A DNA stretch of 64,000 nucleotides, taken from Rhizophagus irregularis (lineage: Eukaryota). The position numbers and the translations under genes were made by a program. This document shows positions 49,996 to 64,000 of this stretch, one piece after another. The notes beneath the pieces were generated by a model, which worked only from the letters and a program-made list of their open reading frames with translations, ran no database searches and was not told where the DNA came from. Position 1 is the first letter of the stretch; each line of letters opens with the position of its first letter. The stretch is taken from the NCBI RefSeq assembly GCF_026210795.1, contig NC_089435.1:3906001-3970000 (forward strand), written 5' to 3'.

Positions 49996-51777
49996 TTAAC
50001 CAACTTCCAGAAAATCACCTCTCCTTTTGCTATGCTTTTTTCTATTCTTTATCTTTTTATCTTTTGCTTTCTTGCTTGCAATTGAAGAATCAGTATCAGA
50101 TCCAGCAGTATGAAAACTCATTGCTGAATTTGGTCTTGATCCTTGATTTACCGCTACAGGACGTGGAGGAACAAAATTAAACAGATCTTGTAAAAGCTCG
50201 TTTTCAAGAAAATGTACATGCAACCCTTCTGCGAGAGCATCACGAAACGCATTAAGCTCAATGATTTTGGCCCACGTAGAAAAGTAAATTGTTTGTTTCT
50301 TGAATCTGAGCTTTTCTTGGACTTGATCACCCTCCTATAAGATAATAAATTGTTGGAACATAATATCTACGACATAAAGGACATATTGAATAAGAAATGA
50401 AAGTAATACTAACCTCAACAGTCTTCAAAATATCACGGAAAGCAGATCTCTGAACTTTACGTTCAGCTTTGCCGCGACGACGGTTGCTATCTGTAGCTAA
50501 TGTACTTAATAACTGAGTTAATCGACCCATCTCATTATAATCGAAATAGCCTTCGTCAGACTAGAGTAATAATAATGATAATAAATTAGACTTTTATAGA
50601 TAAATATTAAAATTTTTTTTAAAAAAAAAAGTTTCTAAAAACCTCATCATCGAGTTCTTGGCCCCATCCTTCAGCCGAATCTATTCCTTTACTTATTCCT
50701 AAAGTTTCAAACATCAATGCAATATTTTCGCCGCTAGCAACTCTCACCTCCATAGTAGATGATTCAAGTTGTTTAATATGTGCTGGCATTACTCGTTCAA
50801 ATTCCTCTCTAGCCATTCCGGCTACTTTCTTAGAATCTCCCCATAATCCGGCATATAATAAGCCGTATGCATTCAATGCGCCTGTTAAAGTAGCTCCGTC
50901 ATTAATGGCATTAACGCTTTTACCATTGGTAATTATAATTTCGACAAAAAAGTTCATAAGTTCAAGAGCTTCAGCTTGTGAACCAGAAATAAAACAAGCC
51001 AAAGCTAATGTTTTTATGCACTATAATTATTTAAGAAAACATAATTATTAATTAAGTTGCAAATAATTCAAAATACTATTTCATTTTTACTTACTGATTT
51101 CTTTACTTCCATAGAAACACTGTTAGTGATAGTATATTTTAAAAGGGACAAGACATCATGATACATTGACTCTTGACCTTCACCTAAAGTAACAAATAAT
51201 AGCGACATCACTAATAAAAGGAAACAAAAGTTATTAAATGATTATTTTTAATAACATATCCATAAAAAGTTCGGATATTAACCTTTAACAGCCAATTTAT
51301 TTTCTTTGTAACTTTTATCTTTTTTAACGGATCGATTCAACATGTCGAGCAGTGTATCTCTTCGTGAATAAAGAATATTGGCAGTGTATTTACGAGAAAG
51401 GAGACGGATCAATTTGGCCAACGCATCTTCTCGAATACTAATCACAAAAATCATTAAAATTTATTATTAGAATGAATAAATTCAACAAATTTATACTACC
51501 TTGTACGCTTCTCTTCCAAGTTATCGATGCTTTGTAATACTTCATCCTCCCACCTATCACCTTCTTCTAAAATTATGTCTTCAGCTCTACTTCCAGTTGA
51601 TGCGGAAGAATCAAAAGTATCAGCGGATGTCTCACTCCAAACGTCTTCTTCATCGGTATTATGACGACTACTCAAAGGAGTTCCAAGAGCAAGAATAGAT
51701 GCCAGAGTAGGCCCTGCATTATTGCTAGCACGTCGGGAAGCACGAGTTGCAGCCTTTTTACGTAAATTTTGAGACAT
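49996..51777 (-). CDS. IFRD (interferon-related developmental regulator) domain protein; ~5 exons
   Basis: VRVASGENIALMFE, LATDSNRRRGKAERKVQRSAFRDILKTVE and FSTW...GLHVHFLENELLQDLF match IFRD1-family motifs. Confidence 0.88.
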
Positions 51778-53370
51778 TGTGAATTTTTAAGTTGTGATCA
51801 AAAAAAGTTTTTCTCGGAGCTACTACGTATTTTATATAAAAATTCTGATTACAAACTTGCACCGAAGATGAAAATTTGGATGATTGTATGTTTACATCAT
51901 TGAATATTCCTTATTTAGTAGTGGATTATTAATTTTCTAGGATTTACTAAAGTGTCATGCCATGATTTTTTTTGGAATCTTTCGGTATAATACGGTAAGC
52001 CGCAGTGACTTCCCTTCCCCCCGAGTAAAGAATGTCCCGAAAATTCACGGGTAATAATTTTTGTCTCTGTAAAAATCTATACTGTCACACGTGTGCCATA
52101 CTTAATGACTATTTTTTATTTATTTATTTAAGAAAAATAAGTACAATCATTATGTCATTATGTCATTTTTGTCATTTTTAAATCGGACCAAGACGGAGCA
52201 GCTAGTAACAAACTTATTATTAATTACCATTTTATCAATCTGTAATTCAAAAACTGTCAATCTAAATTGATTAACGTTTAATAAATTAGTTATCATGTAT
52301 ATACTGTATATATAATATGTGAGGAGAAATTCTTTTGGTAGAATCGTCAAATTATATAAAAATGTTGGTTATACAAGCCCTATTAATTAACATTAAAATT
52401 TCATCATAAATAAGTTTCACAGTCTTTTATACCTATTTTTAACTTCCAACCGAAATAAAAGTCTCATAGTGCAAATAATAAACATCGTTATTTTTCCACT
52501 CAACTTTATCTGATCGATAAACCTCGGATCTTTTACCATTTATTTAAGAAAAACTGGAAAATAATATAGTTCGAAAATGAAACCAAATATAATGCATAAA
52601 TTGCAGTCTCATAGTTAACAACTGATCGTTCTTATGTACAAAATGGAGATACTCAGTTATAAATTGTGATAAAGGAGATTATGTTTATCGGAAAATATAT
52701 TAGCAAATTATCTTTGAAATGGAAATGTCAACATTTCACTAATGTAAATAGATAGTTTCTTTACTTTGCAAAACGTGGCTTAAAACATAATATAGAATAT
52801 GCAAAAAGGAAAAGTATATCAATGCCAACAAACCATTATTGTGGACTTGTGCAGAGTATCATAAACGGAATCCAATACATGTAAATAATTCTTTAAAACT
52901 TATTTTCAAGTCGAACGTCTTTTAGACATTATTGTGATGAAAAATAGTATTAAAATATGTGACTCTTGATATTCATTATGTAAAAATAGATGAGAATTTT
53001 TAGGTAAACCACTGGCGGCGGGATACGTCATTCGTTATCTCTTTATTATTATAAATATTCTAATAACTAGCCAATTCCGAGTCAGAAATAAAAGAATTGT
53101 TTTAGTAATTTATAGATTAAAAAGTATACTTTTTCCTGTTGTATAAACTTTACAGCTGCAGGAATGTTGAAACGATCTAACTGTATATCTTTCGGCCGAA
53201 TAAATTTATTGCTCATCGGTCTTTTTTAATTATTATTATTATTTTGCTAAAAATCGGTATATCAGATATGTACTGTATATTATAGAAAAATTATTACATA
53301 ATTAATAAAGTTCTAAAGAATCATAGTCTTTGCCTTAAAAAATAAATAATTCTTTTTTTTTCAATGTTTA

Positions 53371-56204
53371 TTACTTATTGTCGTCATTCTTCGTGTCGCC
53401 GTTTTTTTGTTCTCCATTTTTCTGTTCTCCGTTTTTTTGTTCTCCATTTTTTTGTTCTACATGAGGATTGTTATGATCTCCATTCTTATACTCTCCATTT
53501 TTATATTCACTGTTCTTCTGTTCATTTACACCATTTTTATGATCATGTGTATTATCAGGATCAGCCAGTGGTTGCTTCTTACTACTGGTACCACTGCTAC
53601 ATGTCGGATTTTCGGTAATTAGAATATTCAAGACGGCAATTTCATCTTTGCTGTCTTCTGCTTCTTTCAACGCACTAGCAACTTTCGGGTCTTTCAGCTC
53701 TTTAGCATCTTTTTTGGCTGGCTTATTAAAATGTAACAAGTAATTATCCCTGGCAGCTCGCAAAGCGAACCATTTTTGCATCTATGATAATATATATAAC
53801 ACAAAATAATTATTAAAAATAAATAATTGATGTTTAATGTAAAAAATGATAATTTTGATTACCCAGCCCTTTTCTTTTTCTTCTTTACTAAACTCATCAT
53901 AGTCGTTTTCATCAAATGTCATACCATTTTCCGGCTATAAAATAAAGGTATAATTATTAAATCTAATAATTTAGATAAGGTTACAACACTTCAATATTAA
54001 CTTACTGGATAACCATCATCTTTAATTTTCTGGTAAACTTCTTGAAAAGTAGGTGCAGTCCTCTTTCTGGTTGAATCAGATAATATGTTATCATCACTAA
54101 CTTTCATTGTATTTGTCCAAAGCTTGGTCAGATGTGGAGTGCCCATTTTCCATTTCATAGGTTCCAAATTCTTACACAATTTCATCCTCTTTTCTCGTGC
54201 TGCATCAAACTTAGAGAGGGGCTTTGGTTGCCTATCGTCATCAGATAATTTTTCAATAAATTTTTTTGCCACACTTTCGCAATTTTGACCAAACTTCCAA
54301 TGGTTCCATCTTTTTTCCATATTAAGTATGTGTAGTAACGTAGTAGTGAATTTACTTCCTTCTAAAGTACTCAATTTGATTATTCTATTCCAAGTTTCTT
54401 GTATTATCTTTTGCTAAAATAAAAGATTATGAATATATATGATCAATTTATTCAAAAATGTCAATAAGAACTTTACCTGTTGTTCGGTTATTGTGAAATT
54501 AGGGAGTTGTACAGCATTCGCATTATTGTATTTTGCTCTTGTTTCTTCAATACGAGCGCGTTCTTCAGCATAAAAACCTGTAAAATATTGCAATATTATA
54601 AGAAATTGAAATAGGACTATACGACGGAAATTTGGATCTGATATCTGTTTTTAAATTAATAAGTAAAAAATCAATTTATATTACTATCAATTTTAATAGG
54701 TTTTCATTTTTTTTAGGTAAAAAAAAATACGGACCTCCTTGTCAAACAATGCATAACTAGTCAAATATTTGGGAAAATATTTGACATAATCTTTTGAAGA
54801 ACTTATTGTTTCTTCTAAACTATCTTCAGTCTCATTATGTTTTCGTTTAGTTGAAATATTATAGTTATTTCCATTCTTTGACATCAAAATATCACCATCG
54901 CCATCAATTTCCATAGAATTTACTTTATTTTCTACAACGGCCTTTTCTTTTTCATTGGTCACAATTTCACTGAATTGGCTTAAGACTATGTCCATTTTCT
55001 TCATTATTGAAATAGCACATTATATTTATAACAGATCAATTAATATAATTAATATAAATAATAACAAAAAAAAAAATTCTTACTTCGAGAACTACATTTA
55101 AATTATTCCCATCGAAAATTTTAGGTGGATTATTAAAATAAGTCTGAAGATTCCAAAAGGTTTTATAAAATTCAGCCTTTTCACCTAGATTTCGTTAATA
55201 TGTTACTATTACGTGTCTGTTGCTCAAAGTTAAGTAATAAATAATAAGTCGTTTACCCTCCTGCGATGCATTGTAGCTAGTTACGTTTTCAACATTACAT
55301 TCTCCACGAACATTTACACCTGATAATCAATGACAGAAAGAAATATTAATTAAAGGTTTCATATTATTCATATTAGTATAAATTTAAGAATAAAATATAT
55401 GTAAAGTCTACCAGATCGTTCACCAAGAGCATAGGAATTTGATAAAAATATTAAGACTCTTCCACGGAATGCATTGTGGTTAGATTTTGATGCTCTGCGA
55501 ATAAGCTCATTAGACAGCCTTAAAAGAACCAATCCTTTGCCTTGTGTCGGTTTTAAATCCTATAACGGTCAGAGGAAAAAGTCATTTTTTAAGATATCTT
55601 CAATAAAGTCTAATAATCATATAAAATCAATTCATCTTACCACTAGCAATCTTTGTTTATTTGTCTCCAAGAATTGATATAATGTTTCACAAACTTCCAT
55701 TGGTTGGGTTTCTAAAAGTTCTTCTAGAACAGTTAGAGTCAAAGTAGGCTCACATAATTCTATTAATTTAAAACAGAAGTTAGTAAACAAAATAAGTTTC
55801 AAGAAAGAATTTTAACTAACACATTTACAGTATATCATCACCTTTGTCTACTTCATGACATCTTAATACTAAATCCAAAAGTTTAAAAGCGTTTGGTATT
55901 AACTCTTTAGGTTGAAGCGCCTATATATAAAATAAAAGCATATAGCTTTAATAAATCAAACATAATATCGAGACAAAATAATAATAATAATAATAATTAG
56001 ATAAAAACTACACACTGAATATCTCATTGCTATTTTTTTAATTACATGTTCTAGAGTTAATTTACGTAATTCAAGAGTCTCTTTATTGTTAACAAGAGGA
56101 GCCAGTAAGTTTCTAATATTATCTTCTGTCTCCTCTTGTGAATCAGATAGGCATTTAAATACTACTTGTTCAATTTTGCTAGATAATTCATCGAAGGTAG
56201 CCAT
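53371..56204 (-). CDS. THOC1: THO complex subunit 1 (Hpr1/THOC1); multi-exon
   Basis: FRGRVLIFLS...LGERSGVNVRGECNVENVT, FYKTFWNLQTYFNNP, YFPKYLTS, DPNFRR, WNHWK and WFALRAAR motifs. Confidence 0.92.
53385..53530 (-). repeat. Coding 15-bp tandem repeat (EQKNG)n in the THOC1 C-terminus
   Basis: Translation EQKNSEYKNGEYKNG...EQKNGEQKNGEQKNGEQKNG. Confidence 0.85.
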
Positions 56205-56850
56205 GATTGCAATAAGAATACTGTATACTGTTTTTTGAATATATGATCCAGGTAATGGCGATCTGTCTAAAAAAGGTATGAATAAAATTATTTTCGTTGT
56301 GTTACAACAAATCTATAATTAATACACGTGACTTTCCATCGAGTATCTTTTTTCATATTACGAAGGGTGGTTTTAGCGAATTCGTAGGTTAGCACTTAGC
56401 ACTAGAGTCTAGATACTGAGTACTGACTAATAAAAAGTTTATTGTTATTATAATAGATCGCCTTAAAACATAGAGTTACGCTGATTGGCTAAATATTTAT
56501 CATATTTTTTGCTCATGTTCGAAGAATTTGTAGGTTTCACAAAGAGTTGGATACCATTGCTGAAGCAGGATTGTAAACACTTTGAGATTTGAATTACTGG
56601 AGGCGACGCCCTTTTAATTGTTGATCAATTCTTTTTTTGAATTGATATAATAAATGAATATATGTAACTAATCGTCTTTAGTATATTACACTTTTATATT
56701 CAATATTGGAGATACGTAATTTAATTCCAGAATTCATAATTGGGCTTTTATCTTTATTATTACTACGTTGTATTAATAATCTACTTCATATTATAGCTTG
56801 GATTTAAAATAAATGAAAGGTTATTTTTTTAAGAAACATGTGGACGAATA

Positions 56851-59800
56851 TTAATTAGATGATTTAGATGATAAATATTCTTCAACTTGATTAATTAAAT
56901 CAGCTTTCAAACGAGCAGGCTTTGCTCCAGTGGTCTGAACATATGTTTTTAATTGATCTACTGTGGCCTATTAAAAATAATATAAATCAGAAATGGATAC
57001 AATAAATTAAAATTACTTATTAGATATTTAATCCACAAACCGTTTTAAGCTAAACATTGTAAAAAAAAAATTAGTATTTCATCTTTACATTATAATAATT
57101 TCATTTTAAAAAAAGAAAGTATTGAATACCTTGTCTTGTTCCCACAATGATTTTATATCTATAGAATCAGATGAACCAGATCCACGAGTAGTTCCGCGAG
57201 TTCCGCGAGTTCCACGAGTTGTTGATGTTTTTTTAGATTGAATGGTCATTCGGTTGGCAAGCAATTCTACACTCTGTCGATCTGACTCGTCATTAAATGC
57301 CTCAATAATCGATCCAACACGCTTTTATGAAGAATTTACATTAATATGTGAAACGTGATACTACAATAAAAAGATATATATATATAAAGAAACCTTATTT
57401 ATCGTTGTATATTTTGGATTTGTCAAATCCTCAACGCCCAGTGGAACTTCCTTATCAAATGCCAGAGCTTGCAATACATCGTAGAAACGTCCCAATTCTG
57501 CATACAAAATAACACATCAGACAAGCAGTTGATAGTTAAGGAATAAAAAAATATATGTAAAAATACTTACCGGGATTATTGAATTTATTGGGATCAAATC
57601 CGCCTTTCATATGTAGTTTATCAACAATTGGCTTTAGGATATCAATCATCTCATCAGGAGCTGCATAAATCGTAAATTATTTAATAAAATTTCCATTCAT
57701 GATCGTTAACATTTTTTTTAAAAAAATCTCATCTCACCAGGTGTAATTTCAGCGTGGGGCGGAAGTGGCCTGATATCATCAGCAAACGGGAGGGGTATCA
57801 TGTTAAATCCCGGGGGAAATATCTGTCGTTTATCTTCATCTAATTTTTCAGCCTAAATCAAACAAGGATAATATTATTATGTTTGTAATGTAAAAAAAAA
57901 ATATTCATTGATGTTTAAGTTGAATTACTTGGGCTTCTAGTACGACAAAAGAGGGGAGAGAGTTATCCCGTTTGACAAGATAACATATAGCCACTTTGCT
58001 CATTTCTAGCATTTTTTTATGTAATGCCGCAAATGTTCTTCTGCTACCTTCAAATTGCTACAATAAAATCAATAGGAAGTGAATTGGTGAAGATTTTAAT
58101 TATTTACAATAAAATACCAAACTTACTCCTTCATCAGGATATAAAAACAATGCATGTTCAACATTATAATGAAATTTAGCAGCATTCGAAGGCTTAAACC
58201 CGATAAGATTAAGACCTAATCGTTTAAATCGAATAATTAAAATAGAATATATTTATGGTAATGAGTATATATGATGATATACCCTTTTGGCCGAATCTTC
58301 TTAATTCAGCAACTTCAGCTTTGGTGAATGCTATCTATGTAAAAATTGGAAAAAAAAATCAGTTTTTTCTTTGTCGATATAAAACAAGTCATAACTATTA
58401 ACCTTTTCGCCTCCGTATTCATAGCAATATTTTATATCGTCAGGCATCAATTCTTGAACTGTATCCTGACAAATTGTTTTTATAATTAATAATTAGCACT
58501 GATTTATACCATTCTTGAAAAAAAAAAGATATTTACCATACAAACGTATTTTGTTCTAGATTCGGCAAGTCTTGTTGTTTCTGATCTCATGTGTATCATT
58601 CTTGGCGCCGGTTTCTTTTTCTCAATGATCATAGCATATCTATAAAGTTAACCTAAAATAATGAGACCAGTAACAATTCAACATTGGATGAAAAAATTGA
58701 AAGCAATACCCTTTAACACCAATGGTAAGTTCAGGTATTCCCTCATCCCCTCCAAATAGGCGAAATGGAATCGAGAACAAAGATCTTCTTGGTGATTCTT
58801 TAGCCATTATTTGAGAAATAAGACTATCGAAATTTTTTTGTGCACTGTAGTGGGGAATCTCATCCAATTCATCACTGTGAATAATTTCCTAGAACTCATA
58901 CTGATCAGTTAAATATGAACGAAATAACACATGTAAAAATGTTGATATTCACCGAATAGAATGCATTAAAGTCAAAAGGATGATCCGGTTTATTTAAGCT
59001 GAACAGATTGATTTGGATACCAGATTCGGTCAAATCCTTCAAGGTTTATGGAAATTTCAAAATTTTAAGAGAAATCTTCAAAGAAGGACATATTAAATAT
59101 TAAAAATATACAAACTCTTGCGCGAGTTATCGCAGTGCTGTATAAAACTGAATTTGACACATGAGGGTTATCTTGATCAGTAATCAAGAATATCCTTTTT
59201 GTTTTTAGAGTCTTAGAAGTCCTGAAAAGTTAAATGCAGTGAAATTAATAAAATCAAAAAGAAATATATAAATAAAACTACGTATAATAACTAACTCTTT
59301 ATTGAATAATTCACTGCAAACCCAAAATACATCGCCAATTGGATATTCATCATCGGTACTACCATATTCATTATCGAAATCAACATCACCTATTTTTTTA
59401 AAAAAATTAATAAAAGATGCTTGATAACACGAATATATGAAATTATATTGTTTAATTTACCTGATGCAATATAGTTTAATTCTTTAACTCTCTGAATATC
59501 AGGCGAATCAAGACTATGGAGAACATAGATATGTTCTTTTTGAAGTGTATTTGATGATTTTTGCTATAGAATTAACCATTATGTTCAGATATATTGTATT
59601 ATTTATAGATCAAAAATAAAATAAGATATTATAAATACCGTTCCCATAAACACTACACCAATAAGATCAGTAGTAGTATCGGATATAAGTTTAGAAGTCA
59701 TTACTTCTGAAGCACATTGAACTGCTGAACGAAACGGAATCTCTGTAGCTTCATCAGATTGATTTGCTCTTAGCATTGAGGAAGATGCATCGATTACAAA

Positions 59801-60015
59801 TAAAACAGCATCTCTATTGCTAGTCATAAGCTGCCGCGAAGAATCCGTTTTTGAGTTTGATAATTTGGTTAAACAAAGTACTAAGGAAAGAAGTAAATAA
59901 ATAAAATTTAGACCTTCTTTGCTTCTTCTTCAATGTCTTCTTCCGCGTCAAATTCATCTTGATCTCTATCAGACAATGAAGCCCAAGAACTTGTAATCGT
60001 GTTCGAAGATGTCAT
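56851..60015 (-). CDS. KU70: Ku70 (NHEJ DNA end-binding subunit); multi-exon, C-terminal SAP domain
   Basis: DAVLFVIDASSSM vWA start, KRIFLITDQDNPH, FLYPDE..GSRRTFAAL, PPGFNMIPLPFADDIRP, and SAP-like TVDQLKTY..LKADLINQV. Confidence 0.95.
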
Positions 60016-60966
60016 CGTTGAAAAGTACAATGGCGCAGCGATTAGGAAAATGTATGTGTGTATATATATATTTTCTCACATTGATAAAATCGAGTAATTT
60101 TGCACGTTGTAAGTTAACACAACTGATCAAAATGAGTCATTAATGTAGAATCAAGGTTGGGTGATGAATAGACATCATCACATCAGACTACTTCGTTCTT
60201 CCAATCACGTGGCTAGTGAAACGGCCTTCTTAACCCGCTAGACTCAGTCATAATAACTCTATTTTTTTCCCTTTTACGTTTTAAACCCGTTAAAAAAATA
60301 TATATAAATATTTTAATATTTGCTGAATAACTTTCAGTTTTTTTGCTTATTTTACTTAACTAAAGCATTCAAGCCTACACCTATACTTGAAGTTCTGAAC
60401 TGCTATATAAATACTCTTAAATTTTCATGGGCTAGCTTAAAATAGTTGTGAAGTTGTGAATTTTTTCGCAATAACACTAGAACGCGTTCTTTTTGTAAAA
60501 ATTTCAGTCAGTGTTAATACAATATAGCATTTAATAACATTTAATAGAATAATAGAATGTAATTTTTAATCCTGATATAGATTTTGGCATTTATTCATTC
60601 AAATAAGCTTTTCGTGTAACATTAAAATATTTTGGCTTTTTTCGCGTTAAAAATTTTCTACTTAATAAAAAAAATGTGATAATTACAAAAGAAGATTTTT
60701 GTCGTTTTTTGATCTTAAAATTTTCCGGAAAAAAAATCCGTTTCAACGATTCAACGATTATAATCAAACTTAGAATTTTCCCTTCTAAAGAACACACATT
60801 AATGAATCTGGTCACGTATTTGATATTCCAATGCAAAAATGAGTTTCCAGAATTATTAGATCTTTTCGAGAACAGCCATATTCGCGAGATCACATGAAAA
60901 TCAAATCGTCACACGTTTAATATTACAATTGCGCGTTTTTTCGTTAAGAACCTTTCCTACCGAAAA

Positions 60967-62238
60967 ATGCCATACAATTCCTTTAGAAAATTTGACTTGG
61001 ATAGTTTAAACAAAAACTTCAAGAATATGAATCCCGTTGTGTTTATTAATGTTCTATCTCAAAAAACTAAGACTAAACCTCCGATTTATACTTTTATAAC
61101 AAATGAAAAGAACGACTTTTGTTGCAAATTGGAGTACAATGGCAAGACATTTAAGGGTAAAGATTACCAACAAAATAAGCAGATGGCAAAACACTATGCA
61201 ACTCGTAAAGCTGTGAAGTACCTAATTGATAATTTACCTGCAAAGTTGGTGAAGGAGATTACTCAAGCAACTTTAAATGCAGTACAATTACCTCGAAAAA
61301 AAGGGAAAGTCGGAGAGAGCGAAGTTTTACCTTCGATCAGGTGGTACCAAAGAACATTGAATCAATTCCCACAGAAAAGACCTGTAGTTCTATTACTCGA
61401 GTTTTGTCAATACCATAAACTTGGTTTCCCCATATATCACGAGAATCTTGATGAGAGAGGTCGTTACAAATTCGATCTTCGCGTAGGCTCTCGTGAATTC
61501 AAGCCCAACAGGTCCTTTTTACACGTACCAAAATCAAAGGATCACGTTGCAGAAAAGGGATTTATAGCCTTATTCTCTGATTTCTGCTACAAAGAACAAC
61601 GTGAACTCGATACAAGGAAAGCACAAAATGGAAAATATGGGTTTCATAGTAATTACTTTCGTCCAACAGTATGTCCATCACAAAATGCACCTGGCTCTAC
61701 TTATATATCATCGGAATTGGGATCACCATTTGCAAGCGCATTTACGGAATATTACCTCCAAAAACAAAGCCATAATCAACAAACTTCAATATCCGAATCT
61801 TGGACAGTATTGAATGAGGGTAACGAAGAAGCTGTTGATATGGAAATCGATGAGATAGACGACGTATATTATTCACGCGTTCTTTTGGAAGCCGAGCCGA
61901 AGCAAGAAGGCTTTCGCGATTTGATTCTGAAAATAGTGAGGAGTCACGGATATCATCCATACTTGCCTCCACCTCCTTGCAACAGCGAACCGATGCAGAT
62001 TCGCAAGAAATCGTTCATATACAAAAAATATGTAAGTCTTTTGCATGAAATTTGTCAAGCAAAAAAATGGGAGAAGCCTACTTACAATATTGAAGATGTT
62101 GAAGGTGGATTTAAATGTAGTATTCGAGGAAAGGATTTTAATTTTATGTCAAACAAGATATGTTACACAAAATCAAATGCGATGGAAGAAGCTGCGAGAA
62201 TGGCTTATCGATTTTTCGGTAAGGAGCGAACTAATTAA
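60967..62238 (+). CDS. Intronless protein with three dsRNA-binding motifs (DSRM)
   Basis: Three alpha-beta-beta-beta-alpha-like repeats: NPVVFINVLSQK..PPIY..NKQMAKHYATRKAV; PVVLLLEFCQ..FPIY..KSKDHVAEKGF; YVSLLHEICQAKKWEKPTY..TKSNAMEEAARMAY. Confidence 0.85.
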   Translation: MPYNSFRKFDLDSLNKNFKNMNPVVFINVLSQKTKTKPPIYTFITNEKNDFCCKLEYNGKTFKGKDYQQNKQMAKHYATRKAVKYLIDNLPAKLVKEITQATLNAVQLPRKKGKVGESEVLPSIRWYQRTLNQFPQKRPVVLLLEFCQYHKLGFPIYHENLDERGRYKFDLRVGSREFKPNRSFLHVPKSKDHVAEKGFIALFSDFCYKEQRELDTRKAQNGKYGFHSNYFRPTVCPSQNAPGSTYISSELGSPFASAFTEYYLQKQSHNQQTSISESWTVLNEGNEEAVDMEIDEIDDVYYSRVLLEAEPKQEGFRDLILKIVRSHGYHPYLPPPPCNSEPMQIRKKSFIYKKYVSLLHEICQAKKWEKPTYNIEDVEGGFKCSIRGKDFNFMSNKICYTKSNAMEEAARMAYRFFGKERTN

Positions 62239-64000
62239 ATATTAAACAAATTAATAGAACCCATTATAAATTATTAAACTCATAAATTATTTGGCAAATA
62301 AACAATAAAGACGAACTGGACATAATAATTCATTATTCATGAAGTTGATGCTGAAGAATGTGAAAAAGAAATAATGTTTATATAGTATTTGGGAATGACA
62401 TTGCGTCACACCACTTCGCTCTAGCAAAACCGTGAGATGGATCTGCATATGGATATTGTGAAAAATCAGAATTAGTATTGTGACATTTTACAAACAATCG
62501 TTTAAATTAAATGTCTTTTACGAACATATTGAAAGATTTTTTATTTTCAAAGAATATCTTCATATTTATTGTTAAAAAGTATAGAAAAATAAGAAAATTT
62601 GATATTTATTAAAGAGTATTGCTATTTGCTAAGTGGTGATTGTCACAATTCTGCCAAAATTATAATTCGGTCGGAGTTAAAATACTTGTTAAAAATTTAA
62701 AAAAATTTTTAAATTGTAAATACATTGAAATTTGAAAATTTTTAATAAAAGAAGTAAAAATTGTAATTTACTTATATAAAAATTATAAGAAAACCCCATT
62801 TTTCTTGTAAATTTACATTTATTAAAATTTAATCAATAAAGATCAAATAAATTAATTTAAATATCTGGAGTCTTTACAATAAAAAGAGATAAGGCTGTCA
62901 GAAAAAGTTAAATTTATGTTTATATGTCAAATATGATTTTTAGGTTTGAATAAATCCAGATTTAACATTAATTCATTTTTTATTTTCCTAGCAGTTTTAT
63001 CCTTTTCTACTGCAAAGATCCCAATTTTGTAAGTATCTAGATTTGAATTTTTAAATGGAAGTAAATGTGGTAATTATTTGCTTTTATATTCTTAAAGAAA
63101 ATTTTGCAATTTTTCATTTATTGTCATACAATCAAAGATGTTTATATTACATGAAATTAAAATTCTTTGCTATTTTGAAATTATACTATTTTAAAAATAA
63201 TATAAAGAAAAAGAAATTTCTTATCCTCTTGAATTTAATATATTAAAATAACATCATTAATTCATCATTATAAAATATTTTAAAATACTTATTAAATATT
63301 TATTAATAGAAAATATTCAAATAAAAATAATGTAACTTTTGATAAAAAAAAAAAGTTCTTAAAATTATGGTTGATTTTATATAATTTATACTACTATTTA
63401 TTATTTCTATAATTTAAAAACTTAAAATTTTGTATACTAGTCTTTAAATTATAATTTATAGATAATTTTACCTGTTCTATAAATTTACTTAATATTTTAA
63501 AAAAGGTAAAAAATATTATTTAAGAAATATCAAATTTTACTTAAGTTAAAAAATAAATTTACTTTAAAAAAAAATATTTTTTATTTTATTGGAACTCTTT
63601 CTAACAATCATTATATCCATTTTTTTTAGTAAAAAATAATTTTATTTTTTATATAATTTTATAGCTTAAAAATGACATTTAATAAAAAAGATTTGAGTAT
63701 AGTAAAGTTAAATAATTTACTCAATATAAAAAAATACAGAAAGATTCTTTTATAATATACTATTGCTACCTTTAAAAGACTTCAATAAACACATTCAACT
63801 ACTATTAACAAATATATTAAGAATGTCTTACCAGGACTCCGCCTACTACTAAAATATGTTACCAGTAGAATTTCACTTTCATATGAAACCTTACCTTAGG
63901 ATTTGCTTAAATTCTATTGGTTAATTGACTAAAAAGGAAAAAAATAATAACAATGTAACATAAAATTTCATTTTATAGTAGGATCTTCAAAAAGTTTTAT

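Noticed and set aside
62600..64000. ORF 63055-63246 and the AT-rich tail of the window
   Set aside because: Extremely AT-rich eroded sequence with no recognisable motif.

Overview
Very AT-rich, intron-rich eukaryotic (fungal) DNA; gene content, intron style and repeat style suggest an arbuscular mycorrhizal fungus such as Rhizophagus (inference, not verified). Bases 1 to ~37.5 kb are a deeply nested cluster of decayed transposons: hAT, pogo/Tigger and IS630/Tc1-like transposase pseudogenes plus at least six MITE-like families with readable TIRs, most also with TSDs. Bases ~38.9-62.2 kb are a conserved gene block: neutral trehalase NTH1, meiotic MSH4, an IFRD-domain protein, THOC1/Hpr1, KU70 and an intronless protein with three dsRNA-binding motifs. 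The most notable object is a ~1.4-1.9 kb retroposon family present as 4 clear copies plus one probable diverged relative. It has (AAAT)n tails, 17-20 bp TSDs (three copies) and a conserved 5' leader. It encodes one ORF1-like protein with two RRM-like folds and a lysine-rich tail, has no reverse transcriptase or endonuclease, and carries two alternative 3' ends. It looks like a protein-coding non-autonomous 'half-LINE'. All coordinates were read by eye and may be off by a few bases.
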